Assembly (NCBI GenBank): GCA_001949185.1
Contig: BDGG01000016.1
Coordinates: 124,001-188,000, forward strand
Direction: 5' to 3'
Origin: Ramazzottius varieornatus
Lineage: Eukaryota > Animalia > Tardigrada
Length of the DNA stretch: 64,000 nucleotides
Part shown: positions 11,601 to 24,055 of the stretch, one piece after another
Layout: each line of letters begins with the position of its first letter
Numbering within the stretch: position 1 is the stretch's first letter
Position numbers and translations under genes: made by a program
The notes under the pieces: model-generated
The model's input: only the letters and a program-made list of their open reading frames with translations
What the model was told of the DNA's origin: nothing
Databases searched by the model: none

Positions 11601-14600
11601 TTTTCGCCTTCTTCCATGCTATTGAAGGAAGCAAAGCCAAAGTGCTTTCCTTCCGGTACAAAGGCATTTGATACCGTGGCTCCTTTAGCTTCGAAAGCGG
11701 CTTTGAGATCATCAGATTTGACGGTTCCGTCGTCACCTAGGAAAAGCTGCACTAAACGAAGAGTTCTCAGACAAACTCGCACAGGAACTCGCATTACGAC
11801 GAAGTGAGCCACTGCGGTTAAAGTAAAATAACTTACCAAGCCCAGTGATTCTCAGCTTCCATTTGCCTCTATCTTCTACAGGCGTTCCTCCAGGCCTAAA
11901 AAGATAGAAACGGTGGATGAAGTCGCTCTCAATAAGATCACCGAACAAAAATGTAAGACAAAGGCATTCGATAACACTTACGGTTTTCCTCCCTGTCCAT
12001 CAAAGTTGTGCGATCTCCCACTGTTCGGAGGAGCCGACGGCGTACTACCCGTGTCACCCCAACCACTGCCGGAAGACGCCGCAGGGTCGTTGGCAGTAGA
12101 GGATCCATCTCCCCAGATGCCACCGGTGGAGCCAGCATCGCTACTTGTCGTCGTACTGTCACCCCAACCTCCACCAGAAGCAACTGTTGGTTCAGAGCTG
12201 GTAGCGCCGGCATCACCCCATCCACCACCAGCAGCACCATCTGTCGATCTGCAAGTACCGCCCCAACTATCCGTGGTACCTCCGGTGGATGTCGTGCTGG
12301 TGCTGACGCCGGGACAGTTGTTGGCCATGTGTCCGTGCTGCTGACACTTGAAGCAGTTGCGACCACCGCCACCAGCACCGCCTTTAGGCAGCGCCCATTC
12401 GACTTTCAGGAAGCGACCGTTCAGGAAGGGCTTGCTGTAAACATGGAGCTGTTAGACATCGTCTTTTGTCTCAGTTGGCAGAAAAAAAGTCGAACTCTGC
12501 TTACCTTCCGTTCATAATCGCCCCATACTTTTCGGCGTCTGCTTGCGTATTAAAGGAAATAAACCCAAAATGCTTTCCTTTGGCTACGAAGACGTCAGCC
12601 ACCGTAGCGCCCTTTGCCTCGAACGCAGCTTTCAGGTCTTCCGCCTTCACTGAACCCTCATCTCCTGCAAAATTATCATCCTCGGTCAGTCACGAAACTA
12701 ATGACGAACAGGAATCACGAGCATCATAATACGGGAAAATCTGCTCCTGTCATATCAGATGGTGTTCTTCACCACGACTTCAGGTCTGACAGGGATAACT
12801 TAGTCATCATGACAACTCCCCACTCTTTCTGACTCGTCAGAAGACTTACCGAAACCAACAACACGCAACTTCCACTTCCCACGGTCTTCCAGCGGAGTTC
12901 CGGTAATCCTTCAAGAAAAAACAACTGAACAGTATATCCAGACTGAAAGAAGACGAATCGAAGCAAAACACAGCCACAATCCTTACGGCTTCCCTCCTTG
13001 TCCATCTCGGTCACGGCCAGCGTTACTTGGAGCAGCCGTTGACGGAGCACTAGACACAGCACCCCAATCGCCTCCTCCCCCGCCGCCGGAAGTATCACCC
13101 CAACCACCGCCCCCATTGTCCCCTGCTTCTGTCGTGGTCGTTCCAGCATCGCCCCACCCGCCACCGGTGGCAACTGCTGGCTCAGTGGTAGCGGCACTGG
13201 CATCCCCCCATCCACCACCAGTACTCTCTGACGTAGTGCTCGGCTCACTTACAGCAGCTCCCCAACTGTCCGTGCTACTGTCGTTCGATGCCGTGTTGGT
13301 GTGGACGCCTGGACAGCTGTTGGCCATGTGACCAGACTGATGACACTTGAAGCAGTTGCGACCACTTCCGCCGCCGCCACCACCACCACCGGCGGCAGTT
13401 CGGGGCTGCGCCCACTCGATCCGCAGGAAACGACCTTTCGGGAAAGGCTTGCTGAAAATACAAGGAACAATCAATAAAAAACCAGCTGAAATACGAACTT
13501 CATCGAAACTGAATCCAACAAGTCACACTTACGTTCCGTTCACCATGGTACCATACTTTTCGCCTTCTTCCTGGCTATTGAAGGAAACAAAGCCAAAGTG
13601 CTTTCCTACCGGAACAAAGGCGTCCGGTACTGTGGCTCCTTTGGCTTCAAAAGCGGCCTTCAGATCGTCTGATGTTACGGCTCCGTCATCTCCTGTCAGA
13701 CAACCACATTAAACTCAGAGTTCACGGACGAGCTCGCGCAGTGAGTTCGCGTTGGATACAATAAGATGCGCCTGCCTAACTACAGCGAAGAAACTTACCC
13801 AAGCCAGTAACTTTCAGCTTCCATTTGCCTCTGTCTTCCGTCGGTGTTCCTCCAGGTCTAAAAACAAGGTAACAAATAAACTCATGCTGAGTATCTTCCT
13901 CCTACAAAATCTACCACAGAAGCACCCAAAAATACTTACGGTTTGCCTCCTTCTGCGCCGAAGTTCTTCGATCTCTCAGTGTTCGGAGGAACCGATGGTG
14001 AACTTCCCGAATCGCCCCAGCCACTGCCTGCAGACCCAGCAGCGTCGTTGTTGGTGGAGGATCCATCTCCCCAGATACCACTAGTAGCGCCAGCATCGCT
14101 GCCAACCCATCCACCGTCAGAAGCAGCCGCTGGTTCAGAACTAGCAGGAGCGCCATCACCCCATCCGCCACCAGCTGCGCCATCTGTTGAAGATGAAGCA
14201 GAAGTACCACCCCAAGTATCCGTGCTACCTCCGGTGCATGCAGCGCTGGTGCTGACGCCGGGGCAGTTGTTGGTCATGTGCCCCGGCTGCTGGCACTTGA
14301 AGCAGTTGCGACCACCGCCACTGCCACCCCCACAACCCCCTCCAGCCTTGGGAAGTGCCCATTGGATGTTCATGTAACGACCGTTCGGGAACGGTTTGCT
14401 GCAAAAAGTGTTACTCATCTCATTGAAGGCATAAAAATTTTCGGTTTGGTGAAGAAGAGAAAGGAGAAAGAAGCCGCCAAGGAAGCCGGGACAGAATTTG
14501 TGACGATGAAAGTAAAAAACACGATTGCTGCCGACCAGTGGCGGCCCCAACAAATTCAATTCGTTTTACCGGACGCAAAAAGCAGTCGAGTTTCAAATGT

Positions 14601-17600
14601 GCGGCCTCGGCTCGTGGAGCCGAACCGAACCGTTACGATATTTTCTGGTGCAACGTATCCCGACCTGACGACCCGGAACCGCCAGACGTTTGAGTTTCTG
14701 ACTACTAAGAATTAGAATTGTTTGGGCCACCACTGCTGCGGACCAACCTGCCATTCATCATGGTTCCATATTTCTCTGCATCTTCCTGGCTGCCGAAAGA
14801 GACGAAGCCAAAAGGCTTTCCTTGAGGAACATAGGCGTCCACCACTGTGGCTCCTTTCTCCTCAAAGACAGCTTTCAGACTGTCTGCGTTTACCGAGCCA
14901 TCGTCGCCTATAAAACGAACCGTCTCCACATCGTGCTCACCGACGCACAGGAGCCTTCACATATCAACGGACCAAAAGAAGCTTATACCGAATCCGACGA
15001 CGCGCAACTTCCACTTTCCCCGATCCTCATTTGGAGTTCCCGTCAACCTGCAAACATTTCATCTACTAAATTATTCTAGCACTACCAACAACCAGCGGAA
15101 ACACCCAAAATGTTTGGTCGCTCGACCACTTCACTAACGGTTTTCCGCCTTGTCCACCACGGTCACGGCCAGCACCACTGGAGGCCGGCGTGAAAGAAGC
15201 ATTCGATCCAGCGCCCCAGTCGCTACAACCCCCACCAGCAGCGTCGCCCCAACCACTTCCTCCGCTCGAGCCTTCGTCAGTCTTGGTAGTAGTCTCCCCA
15301 TCCGCCATTACCGCTGCGTCTCCCCATCCGCCATTACCGCTCGTTGGGGCACCAGAATCACCGCCCCCTCCCCAACTGTCACTTGTGGGAGCCGAGACCT
15401 GAATACTGGGAGGGGGATACGAGTTGGAGTTACGAGGACCGCCACCAGCGGCATTTCGTGGCTGCGCCCATTCGATCCGCAGGAAACGACCATTTGGAAA
15501 AGGCTTACTGAAAAAAAAACCCGTTACTTCGATACAGGGAAAATACTCCGCAGGACACTGAAATAATCAACTATTTCAGACCGAAGCAGTTAAGCGGCAC
15601 CTACGTTCCATTCATCATGGTGCCGAACTTCTCACCCTCTTCCTGGCTACTGAATGAAACAAAGCCAAAGTGCCTTCCTTCCGGGACAAAGGCATCCGGT
15701 ACCGTGGCTCCTTTAGCTTCGAAAGCGGCTTTGAGATCATCAGATTTGACCGTTCCGTCGTCCCCTGCAATACATCACAGTCAAAGCCGGAGTTCTAGAC
15801 CAACTTGCGCAGCAACGCGGTGTTAAATACGAGGAAATGCGGGAGCCTCACCGCAAAGCGACATACCGAGACCTGTTACTTTCAGTTTCCATTTGCCCCG
15901 GTCTTCCACCGGTGTTCCTCCAAGCCTGAAATGCCACACAGTATACGAATCTCCCTCCACAACTACATCAAATTCCATCTGTCCTAAAGGAATCCACAAA
16001 CACTTACGGCTTCCCTCCCTGCCCACCAAAGTTGTTCGATCTCCCAGCGTCGGCAGGAGCAGACGGCGTACTTCCCGCGTCGCCCCAACCACCGCCCGAA
16101 GTACCAGCAGCGTCGTTGTTGGTAGAGAATCCATCTCCCCAGAGGCCAGCAGTTGAGCCAGCATCGCTACTTGTTGTTGCACTGTCACCCCATCCACCGT
16201 CAAAAGCAGCTGCTGGTTCAGAACTGGCAGTTGCGCCATCACCCCATCCACCACCAGAAGATGAAGCAGAAACACCACCCCAACTGTCCGTAACGTTTTC
16301 GGTGGATGTCGTGCTGGTACTGACGCCGGGACAGTTGTTGGCCATGTGTCCGTGCTGCTGACACTTGAAGCAGTTGCGACCACCGCCACCAGCACCGCCT
16401 TTAGGCAGCGCCCATTCGACTTTCAGGAAGCGACCGTTCAGGAAGGGCTTGCTGTAAACATGGAGCTGTTAGACATCGTCTTTTGTCTCAGTTGGCAGAA
16501 AAAAAGTCGAACTCTGCTTACCTTCCGTTCATAATCGCCCCATACTTTTCGGCGTCTGCTTGCGTATTAAAGGAAATAAACCCAAAATGCTTTCCTTTGG
16601 CTACGAAGACGTCAGCCACCGTAGCGCCCTTTGCCTCGAACGCAGCTTTCAGGTCTTCCGCCTTCACTGAACCCTCATCTCCTGCAAAATTATCATCCTC
16701 GGTCAGTCACGAAACTAATGACGAACAGGAATCACGAGCATCATAATACGGGAAAATCTGCTCCTGTCATATCAGATGGTGTTCTTCACCACGACTTCAG
16801 GTCTGACAGGGATAACTTAGTCATCATGACAACTCCCCACTCTTTCTGACTCGTCAGAAGACTTACCGAAACCAACAACACGCAACTTCCACTTCCCACG
16901 GTCTTCCAGCGGAGTTCCGGTAATCCTTCAAGAAAAAACAACTGAACAGTATATCCAGACTGAAAGAAGACGAATCGAAGCAAAACACAGCCACAATCCT
17001 TACGGCTTCCCTCCTTGTCCATCTCGGTCACGGCCAGCGTTACTTGGAGCAGCCGTTGACGGAGCACTAGACACAGCACCCCAATCGCCTCCTCCCCCGC
17101 CGCCGGAAGTATCACCCCAACCACCGCCCCCATTGTCCCCTGCTTCTGTCGTGGTCGTTCCAGCATCGCCCCACCCGCCACCGGTGGCAACTGCTGGCTC
17201 AGTGGTAGCGGCACTGGCATCCCCCCATCCACCACCAGTACTCTCTGACGTAGTGCTCGGCTCACTTACAGCAGCTCCCCAACTGTCCGTGCTACTGTCG
17301 TTCGATGCCGTGTTGGTGTGGACGCCTGGACAGCTGTTGGCTATGTGACCAGGCTGCTGGCACTTGTAGCAGTTGCGACCACCGCCACCGCCGCCTCCAC
17401 CACCCCCTCCAGCCTTGGGAAGTGCCCATTGGATGTTCATGTAACGACCATTCGGGAAGGGTTTACTGCAAAAATTTCGTACAGGAACGACGGGGTATTA
17501 TGGGCCAGTAAAACCTACCGACCAGGCGGAAAAGACGGCAAATTTACAGTGGAAGTCAGAAACAGAAATCGGACAAATGACGTAACGTGGTAAAATTGTC

Positions 17601-20022
17601 ATGGACCGTGCCCATCAGCCGATCAGCTGTTTGACTTTTGCGTTTCGAGACTGCGGATTGTTCATTTACTTTCTTCCAGCGACGCTCCTCGAAAAGAAAA
17701 GAGATGTTCCTGCAAAACAGAGATCTATCTACTGTTATACACTGACATTTTCAGCTCCTTGGCTCAATATTCAGCACGTACGTACAGCAGTCCGGCCTTC
17801 GATGCTGTTTTTACTTGTAGCAAGAATCACCTGCCCGTGCCGCCGTAGCGGAAGGGCCTGGTCCGTAATTTTTACTGGCCAATTATATCCCGTCGTTCGT
17901 GTACATCTCGTTTTCTCAAAAATTTCATACAAAATTTTCGGTTTAGTGAAGAAGAGAAAGGAGATAAAACCCGGGTAGAATTGTAACGAACAGAGTTCGA
18001 AACACGACTGTTGCGGACCAACCTGCCATTCATCATGGTTCCATATTTCTCTGCGTCTTCTTGAGTAGTGAAAGAGATGAAGCCGAAAGGCTTTCCGTCC
18101 GGGACATAGGCGTCCACCACAGTGGCCCCTTTCTCCTCAAAGACGGCTTTCAGACTGTCTGCGTTTACCGAGCCATCGTCACCTGTGAGACCCAACCGTC
18201 TCCACAGCGTTATCTACTCGAAAATGCACAACTTTTCGAACTTGGAGCTTCTCTTACCAAAGCCGACGACGCGCAACTTCCACTTGCCACGATCTTCAGT
18301 TGGAGTTCCGGTCAGCCTGCAAACATTTGGGTCTCGAGACATTCTAAATTTTTTCCGAAAGCCACCGAGATCCAGATGTGATGTGCGATCGTTATACACC
18401 TACGCCTTTCCGCCCTGTCCACCTCGTTCACGACCGCTGTTCCCACTGGAGACGGGCGCCGCAGCAGCAGGTACAAAACCCCAATCGGTACCATTACTTG
18501 CAGCAGCTGCACTACCATCTATACCAGCTGCTCCTTCATTTCCCGCCGACTCCGCTATGGCACTTCCAGTCGCATTTGCCGAGGTACCTGGACAAGTGTT
18601 GGCCATGTGGCCAGACTGTTTGCATTTGTAACAGGTCCGTGAAGTACCACCACCATTCCTTGGCAGCGCCCAGTCGATCTTCAAGCACCGACCAGAAGGG
18701 GACGGCTTGCTGAAAACACACGCCCAGGTTACAAAGGCAAAGAGACTTTGGCTGATTTCTGATCAATCAACAAATTTCGCAAGTTGCTTCCGCAAATCTT
18801 ACCTTCCGTTCATTTCTGCGCCATACTTCTCTGCCTCTTCCTGACTGCTGAATGATACGAAGCCGAAATGCTTGCCTTCCGGGACGAAGCAGTCTATGAC
18901 AGTAGCTCCTTTGGCTACAAAGGCAGCTTTCAGGTCCTCCGTTTTCACTGCGCCATCGTTGCCTAAGAACAAACTAACAGTTAGGCCCGCCATAAAAATG
19001 TGCCGGAACCCACGCAGGCCGGACAGTTACTTAAACAAGAGACAGCTACGGCTCGCCTTCATTAACTCACAAACGTATGACTCGCCATAAAACCAAAACA
19101 CTCGGTCGAGGCCGGCGACACAAGCGAAACCAGTACAGTCCTACCTGTGAGATTGTCACAATTGCTTCTTCTGTAACCGAACAGCGTTTCTGCACGAGAC
19201 TGCTGGCCACGCACTGCGCAGCAGGATCAGCTGATCGATGTCCGGTTGTCTTTTGACTTGCTCAAGCAATCAAGCGACTTCCGATCAGCTGATCGGTCTC
19301 ATACGCACAGCATGGCGAGCAAATCCGTGCACACATGAACCGTCCGGAACTGATTTCGGGCGTTTGAACTGTCACATCTCACAGCTAGGACTGTAGTCAT
19401 AAGTAGCCTACCTAAACCGACAACTCGGAGCTTCCATTTGCCATTTTCCTCCATCGGAATGCCATCGATCCTACCAGATACATCGAAGGTAAAGTACGGA
19501 GTAGATACTCGAAGCATAAGGAAAGTCTTACGGTCTTCCAGACCCATAGTGTCGTCCACTGGAGGCTTCGCCATTCTCACCGACAGGTGTCGCGTTCAAT
19601 GGGCATTCTGTCGACAAGTGGCCTATTTTCTTACAGAGATGACACCCGGCTGCCTGTACAAGCCAAGGGAGAACTTATGAGTTATGTTGCGAACATTGGT
19701 CAGCTAAAAAAAACGACATACCAGCTGGTCTAATGCGATTGAGTAAGCTTGCAGCTGCAGCTGAAATTCGTCTGGAGCTTCGGAAACAAGGGAAGTTGAA
19801 GCAAACATGTCGTAATTTCCGAGAGAAGTTCGGTTCTTCTCTGGAGACTGTCGCTCGTGATTCTGCGAAGAGGAGACAGTAGTTTTCTCAGTTCAGATAC
19901 CGGTTCCTCACTCTGTCAAATTGTCAGCAATCAGGTGTTACCTCCGGAACAAAAAGGGGTTCTGTCTTGATCTCCTCATCGTCAGATACTTCTCCTTCTT
20001 CGTCCTCGCTAGGCCAACCCAT
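8601..20022 (-). CDS. ~2,100-aa multi-module RNA-binding protein: 8 RRM, 7 CCHC zinc knuckles, ~34 WG motifs, coiled coil and basic/Pro-rich tail (~31 exons)
   Basis: A 3-exon cassette is repeated 8 times: (A) GTPxEDRGKWKLRVxGLG, (B) DDGxVxxxDLKAAFExKGATVxDAFVPxGKHFGFVSFxSQEEGEKYGTMxNG (RNP1-like), (C) KPFPxGRFLRIEWAxP-(G)n-RNCFKCQQxGHMANxCP followed by a GGWGD-rich tract. Putative ATG at 20022 (MGWPSEDEEG). A GTAAGT donor after 9904 joins terminal exon 8727-8601 in frame. Confidence 0.85.
8866..9688 (+). mobile_element. Internally deleted piggyBac-like DNA transposon relic in the last intron of the RRM-WG gene
   Basis: 30-bp inverted repeats at 8873-8902 and 9626-9655 match at 27/30. Degenerate termini are cgctcataataccggg / cccggtattaccagtg, flanked by tcaa and ttta (each one mismatch from TTAA). 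A remnant ORF to 9474 encodes CPRNPERRTMIVCGSCKVHVCAAHRLTKQSVVCLDC, resembling the piggyBac C-terminal Cys-rich domain. Confidence 0.7.
9715..9869. repeat. Family A palindromic element, tandem dimer (intronic)
   Basis: Two N25-spaced units about 74 bp apart, ending tttgccgagg. Confidence 0.8.
10445..10608. repeat. Family A palindromic element, degenerate dimer (intronic)
   Basis: Termini gaggtcggca...tgccgacctc with two atgcgcca half-sites. Confidence 0.7.
12283..13324. repeat. Copy 1 of a ~1.04-kb near-identical internal duplication
   Basis: Matches 16300-17341 (offset 4017), introns included. The ORF track shows identical ORFs at 12466/16483, 12614/16631 and 12769/16786. Confidence 0.95.
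16300..17341. repeat. Copy 2 of the ~1.04-kb internal duplication
   Basis: Matches 12283-13324; one mismatch noticed near the left edge (12302/16319). Confidence 0.95.
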
Positions 20023-20878
20023 GTTACTGCCTGTAATGAGACACCTAAAGCTCACATACATTTCACTATGAACGAAAGGCGCTTCTGTTGATACTTACCC
20101 GAGAGACGGTCTGGAGAAAAATGCGCATCAAGATCGCCTTCTGGGTGAGATCTGCGCTGAGAACAACCCTGCAACAGGATCCAGTAAGCTGAAGAAGTGC
20201 TCCAACAAGTAGAAAGCTCCAGTGACAGAGATTGTGAAATCCTCGATGAGGAAACTGTCTACACTGCTCAAAAGGGCACTTGAGAAATTTTTCGAAAACG
20301 AAAGAAGGTTGCAGCTGCACTGCTGCAGAATCCGGGCTGGAAAAATCGTGCCGACGAAAGTCATGCAAAAAGCGCGACAGATGCCCTTCCCCCTAACGCT
20401 TTTGATTGGCTGACCTCGACCTGAAGTCCAGGCACTGTAGTCTGGAGGTACACTGCGGCCTGCCATCAGTGTAGGAGTGACGGATGTTTGGTGGCCCAGT
20501 GGCATTTCAGCCTTTTCCGTTTAGCCTAGGTGATGACTCCGGAACGTGGGGCCGGAAATGCAGCGAATTTGTAGAGCCGGAGCTCCAGCCTACAGATGAA
20601 ATGGTGAGGTTTCTGTTTTATCTCCGAGTTCCTACAGGGTTGTAACACTCTTGTCCCATTGTCCGTTACTCGAGAGGAGGAAACGCATCGATCTGTGGCG
20701 GAATAAATGCAAATAATATTCCGAAGCGGGTAAAACACCTGTTTTACGTTGTAGTGATTTGAGTTTACCCATAAATTCAACATGCATGCTGTTTTACAGA
20801 GCTGAACCCGATTCACAAGATAATTATAATTCGGTAAAGTCAGGAACTAAACTTGGGCACATTGAAAGCGCCTTAATT

Positions 20879-23800
20879 CTACACATTTAAGGATTCAAAG
20901 CTACGGTGCAAAGCAAGCCTTTCCGGAAGACTCTTGGAAGGCCGAAGCATCCCAGCCGCGACGTGCCCATTCCGAAGCTGCTGGTCCACCTGTTCTTTCG
21001 TTCTTCTGCTGTAATGGAGAAGGACCACCGTCCGGTAAACTTGGAGAACAATTACCTGTAAGAAGAGCTTTTAGGAGAAAAGTGGAAAATTTTTTCAGGT
21101 GTCCAAGTCTACGCATCCGAAGCTCCACTTCCGGCTCGCTCGCTTCACATACCAAGGAGTTCTGCAAAGACACGAAACAGGTAGGATTGTACGGTAAGAC
21201 TTTGTAGAGTACATGAAACAGATAACCATACCTTTATCGTGAAGAAGACGTTGGAGTAAGATACGACGTTGTAGCGGAAGAGGAACGTCAAACGCAGGCA
21301 GAGGAAAGGCCCATCTTGGAGGATCAATGTCGTCAGGATACCCCAAATATCCGCGGAGCACCACCAGCAGCACGAACAGGGTCCGCCGGCGTCTTCATCG
21401 TCCAGCAGATCAAACTGATCGAAAACAAATGAGGTGTGAGTCCCTGCTCTGGGCTTCCTCGCTTTGGTGGCGGTGAGGATCAAGGTAAATTGCATGAGAC
21501 TCCATGTCCATAAGCTGTGAGATACAAAAAAACGGAGCTTCGTTCTTATATTTTATGCTTTCAGGGCTGCAACGAGCAAAACATTTACTTACGCAAGAGT
21601 GGTATAGACTAGCTCGATGGTTTGGACAACTTTGGGTTCCTAGAAGAGAACATAAAGCTTCCTCGAGTATTTTCCCTGGTGGTCACACTGAACATCTGGG
21701 ATCAATCGTCACAAAAAGGTTAGAACTTCGAAGAGGATTCAGCACTTGCGGCTTGGCACAAAATTACGATTAAAATCGACACGCTGAGGACGGAAAGAGC
21801 AGATCAAGCGGAAGTAAGGGGATTCAAATTGAATGCCATTAATTACTGGTTGCTGATCGGTAGTACATAGTATTAATATAACGCATCACTTCAGGGAGCT
21901 TACCCGGAATGCCTCGAAGATCTCGATTATATCCGCTGCCATGCCGATGTACACCAGAAGCAGCTGCGAAAGCTGGTCGCGAGTCAGTTCTCCTGAAAAA
22001 GTCAGTTTCACACGTAAGTCACGTTTAATTGGCAGCGTAGAATGAAAAGCTAACTTCCTTCCCTCACCTTTTGGCAGGAGCCAGCGACCGACGATCAGAA
22101 TCACCATGAGGGCCTGCTCGAAGATCTTGAGCCAGTCCGAGTCCGACAACTGGTTCACGTCCTGTAGGAGCCCCAAAAGACAACAATGACTCCCTGATGA
22201 CATTCATCGATCATCATCATGGCCTCACTTGCCGTCACCAAGCGCGACAAATTACAGCCGAAAGTTCTGATGTCTGGAGCCGCAAGTAAGTAAAGCTTAC
22301 AATTTTAATCGGAAGGCTGCTGTCGTGGGTCGCTGCTTGAATGACTACTGTCACCACATCGCTGCTTCCTGCTGTCTCATTTCTCACGTCGATAATGCCC
22401 GCTGCCGCTTTATAAGCCCTACAAATCAAGATAAACTATTGTAACGAAATAAGAATTAAGAATCACAGCATAATAATTAGAAATTTGGGAACGGGACGTC
22501 CATGGGCAAACGGATTCAATCAAATCGTTTCCCAAGTGGCGTACATTTTCACCTAAAAACAATGAGAAGGTGCGCCGCTCGAGATAACGCTATGGTTCAG
22601 CTCATTCACCCACGTTCCAAATCATAAAAAAATTATCTGGTACATTTTACCTGTCCAGTTCGAGGAACCATACGCTGGGACATACGGTGGCCAGGTAGAA
22701 AAAGACACTTGGCGAGAACCTGCAAGTAAAATTACCCCATATCGATTAACACTGTTCAAACGATATCGCCAGGAAAGTGAACAGGAAGCATGTAACATTA
22801 AGTTGGACACTAATGCCAGATAGTCTTCCGGGATGGACCGAGTTCGATCGTGTCAAGTACCACAGCACACCGCAAAGAAGCTACAGTTTATAGACATGGG
22901 ACGCTGTCAAGAACCATCGAGGATCTCATCAAGGACTTGGTAAGTATGGGACGTCATTACAGAGATAACGGCGGACACGTTTTTGGCACATGATACGATG
23001 TCATGGACAACTGTAACACAAAGAATATAGATGAAGAATTTATCAGCACTTGATATTTATACGGTTCATAAATTATTTAGAGGACAAATAACGGGACGCA
23101 AGGGAAGAAACGGAGTCGATGACGGCACTTACCAACTGGAAGGATTTCAACAGACAGGTGAGACAGCGGTTAGTCCCCAAATGCCAGCATGAAAAACGAA
23201 GAAAAATTTGAGGTTAATTCGCCCGCAATAGTTTGGCTAATTTTCCCTGACAAGTATCTAGTCTGAGAACTGGGAAAACGTAACGTACAAGATCGTTTTC
23301 CCAGGTGGCGCACCTTACCAGCCAACAACAATGAAAACGTGCGCCACTTGAGATAATCATCTTGTGAGTCTCGTTACCCCAGTCCAGCTTCCATCTCATG
23401 TGGCAGGAAATCGTTTCCGTACAGACGAAGGTGACCTTTTCTCTTCGCAAGGGAGTTTAAAAACAAGAGTATGGATGTGATAGTATAAAATATGGGTATC
23501 ATTGGCACAGCACAATTTGTCGGTTTGTGACAATGATAAATTCTTTTTACGAGCACTTCCGGGTGGTGGGGATGAGCTCAGTATGCATGGCAATGATTGT
23601 TTACCGCTGGTAATTATTGGTTCTGACAGTATGACCTTGTAGATCAAACACAAACTTGCCATTTCAGTTCTTCGCCTTGTCTAATGCAGACGCTGAGGAT
23701 CGTCTCGAAGAAAAGGCATCCCAGGGTTCCACAAAGATAATAAAACCTGGTTGGGAAAAAACATCAGCCTTTATAATCAAATAGCCCAAGACAAGCAGAC

Positions 23801-24055
23801 ATGTGTTTACCTATTATTGTTGTAAATCACAGTAACTCTCCAAATGGCAATGAACCCATGAATGGCGAAAATCAGCCTTGCAAGTATGGCTTTGAAGACT
23901 TTGAAGCAAGCTAATGTCTTCTTCGCCCGTGACTTTTTGCTTCTTGCAGGTATGGGATAACCGGGGTACTCAGGAGGCAGGTTACCGACCGACTCTGGCG
24001 TCGCCAGTGGAACAGGACCATGATCGTAAGTACTGGTATAATAAGGTCCGAGCAT
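20879..24055 (-). CDS. TMEM26: Transmembrane protein 26-like
   Basis: KAILARLIFAIHG; LIVGRWLLPKG|ELTRDQLSQLLLVYIGMAADIIEIF; WSLMQFTL; LQDGPFLCLRL; FFTIK|NSL|VIVLQVYR. Includes a 9-nt micro-exon at 21153-21161. Confidence 0.9.
22503..22614. repeat. Family A palindromic element (TMEM26 intron)
   Basis: caagtggcgtac-N25-gtgcgccgctcg. Confidence 0.75.
23270..23382. repeat. Family A palindromic element (TMEM26 intron)
   Basis: caggtggcgcac-N25-gtgcgccacttg. Confidence 0.85.

Noticed and set aside
10084-18713. Many Pro-rich + strand ORFs
   Set aside because: They are antisense shadows of the Gly-rich minus-strand exons.
9900-19000. RRM/CCHC region as a retroelement gag or a Vasa/GLH helicase
   Set aside because: It has regular spliceosomal introns, no RT, integrase or DEAD-box motifs, and the repeats are WG rather than FG or RGG.
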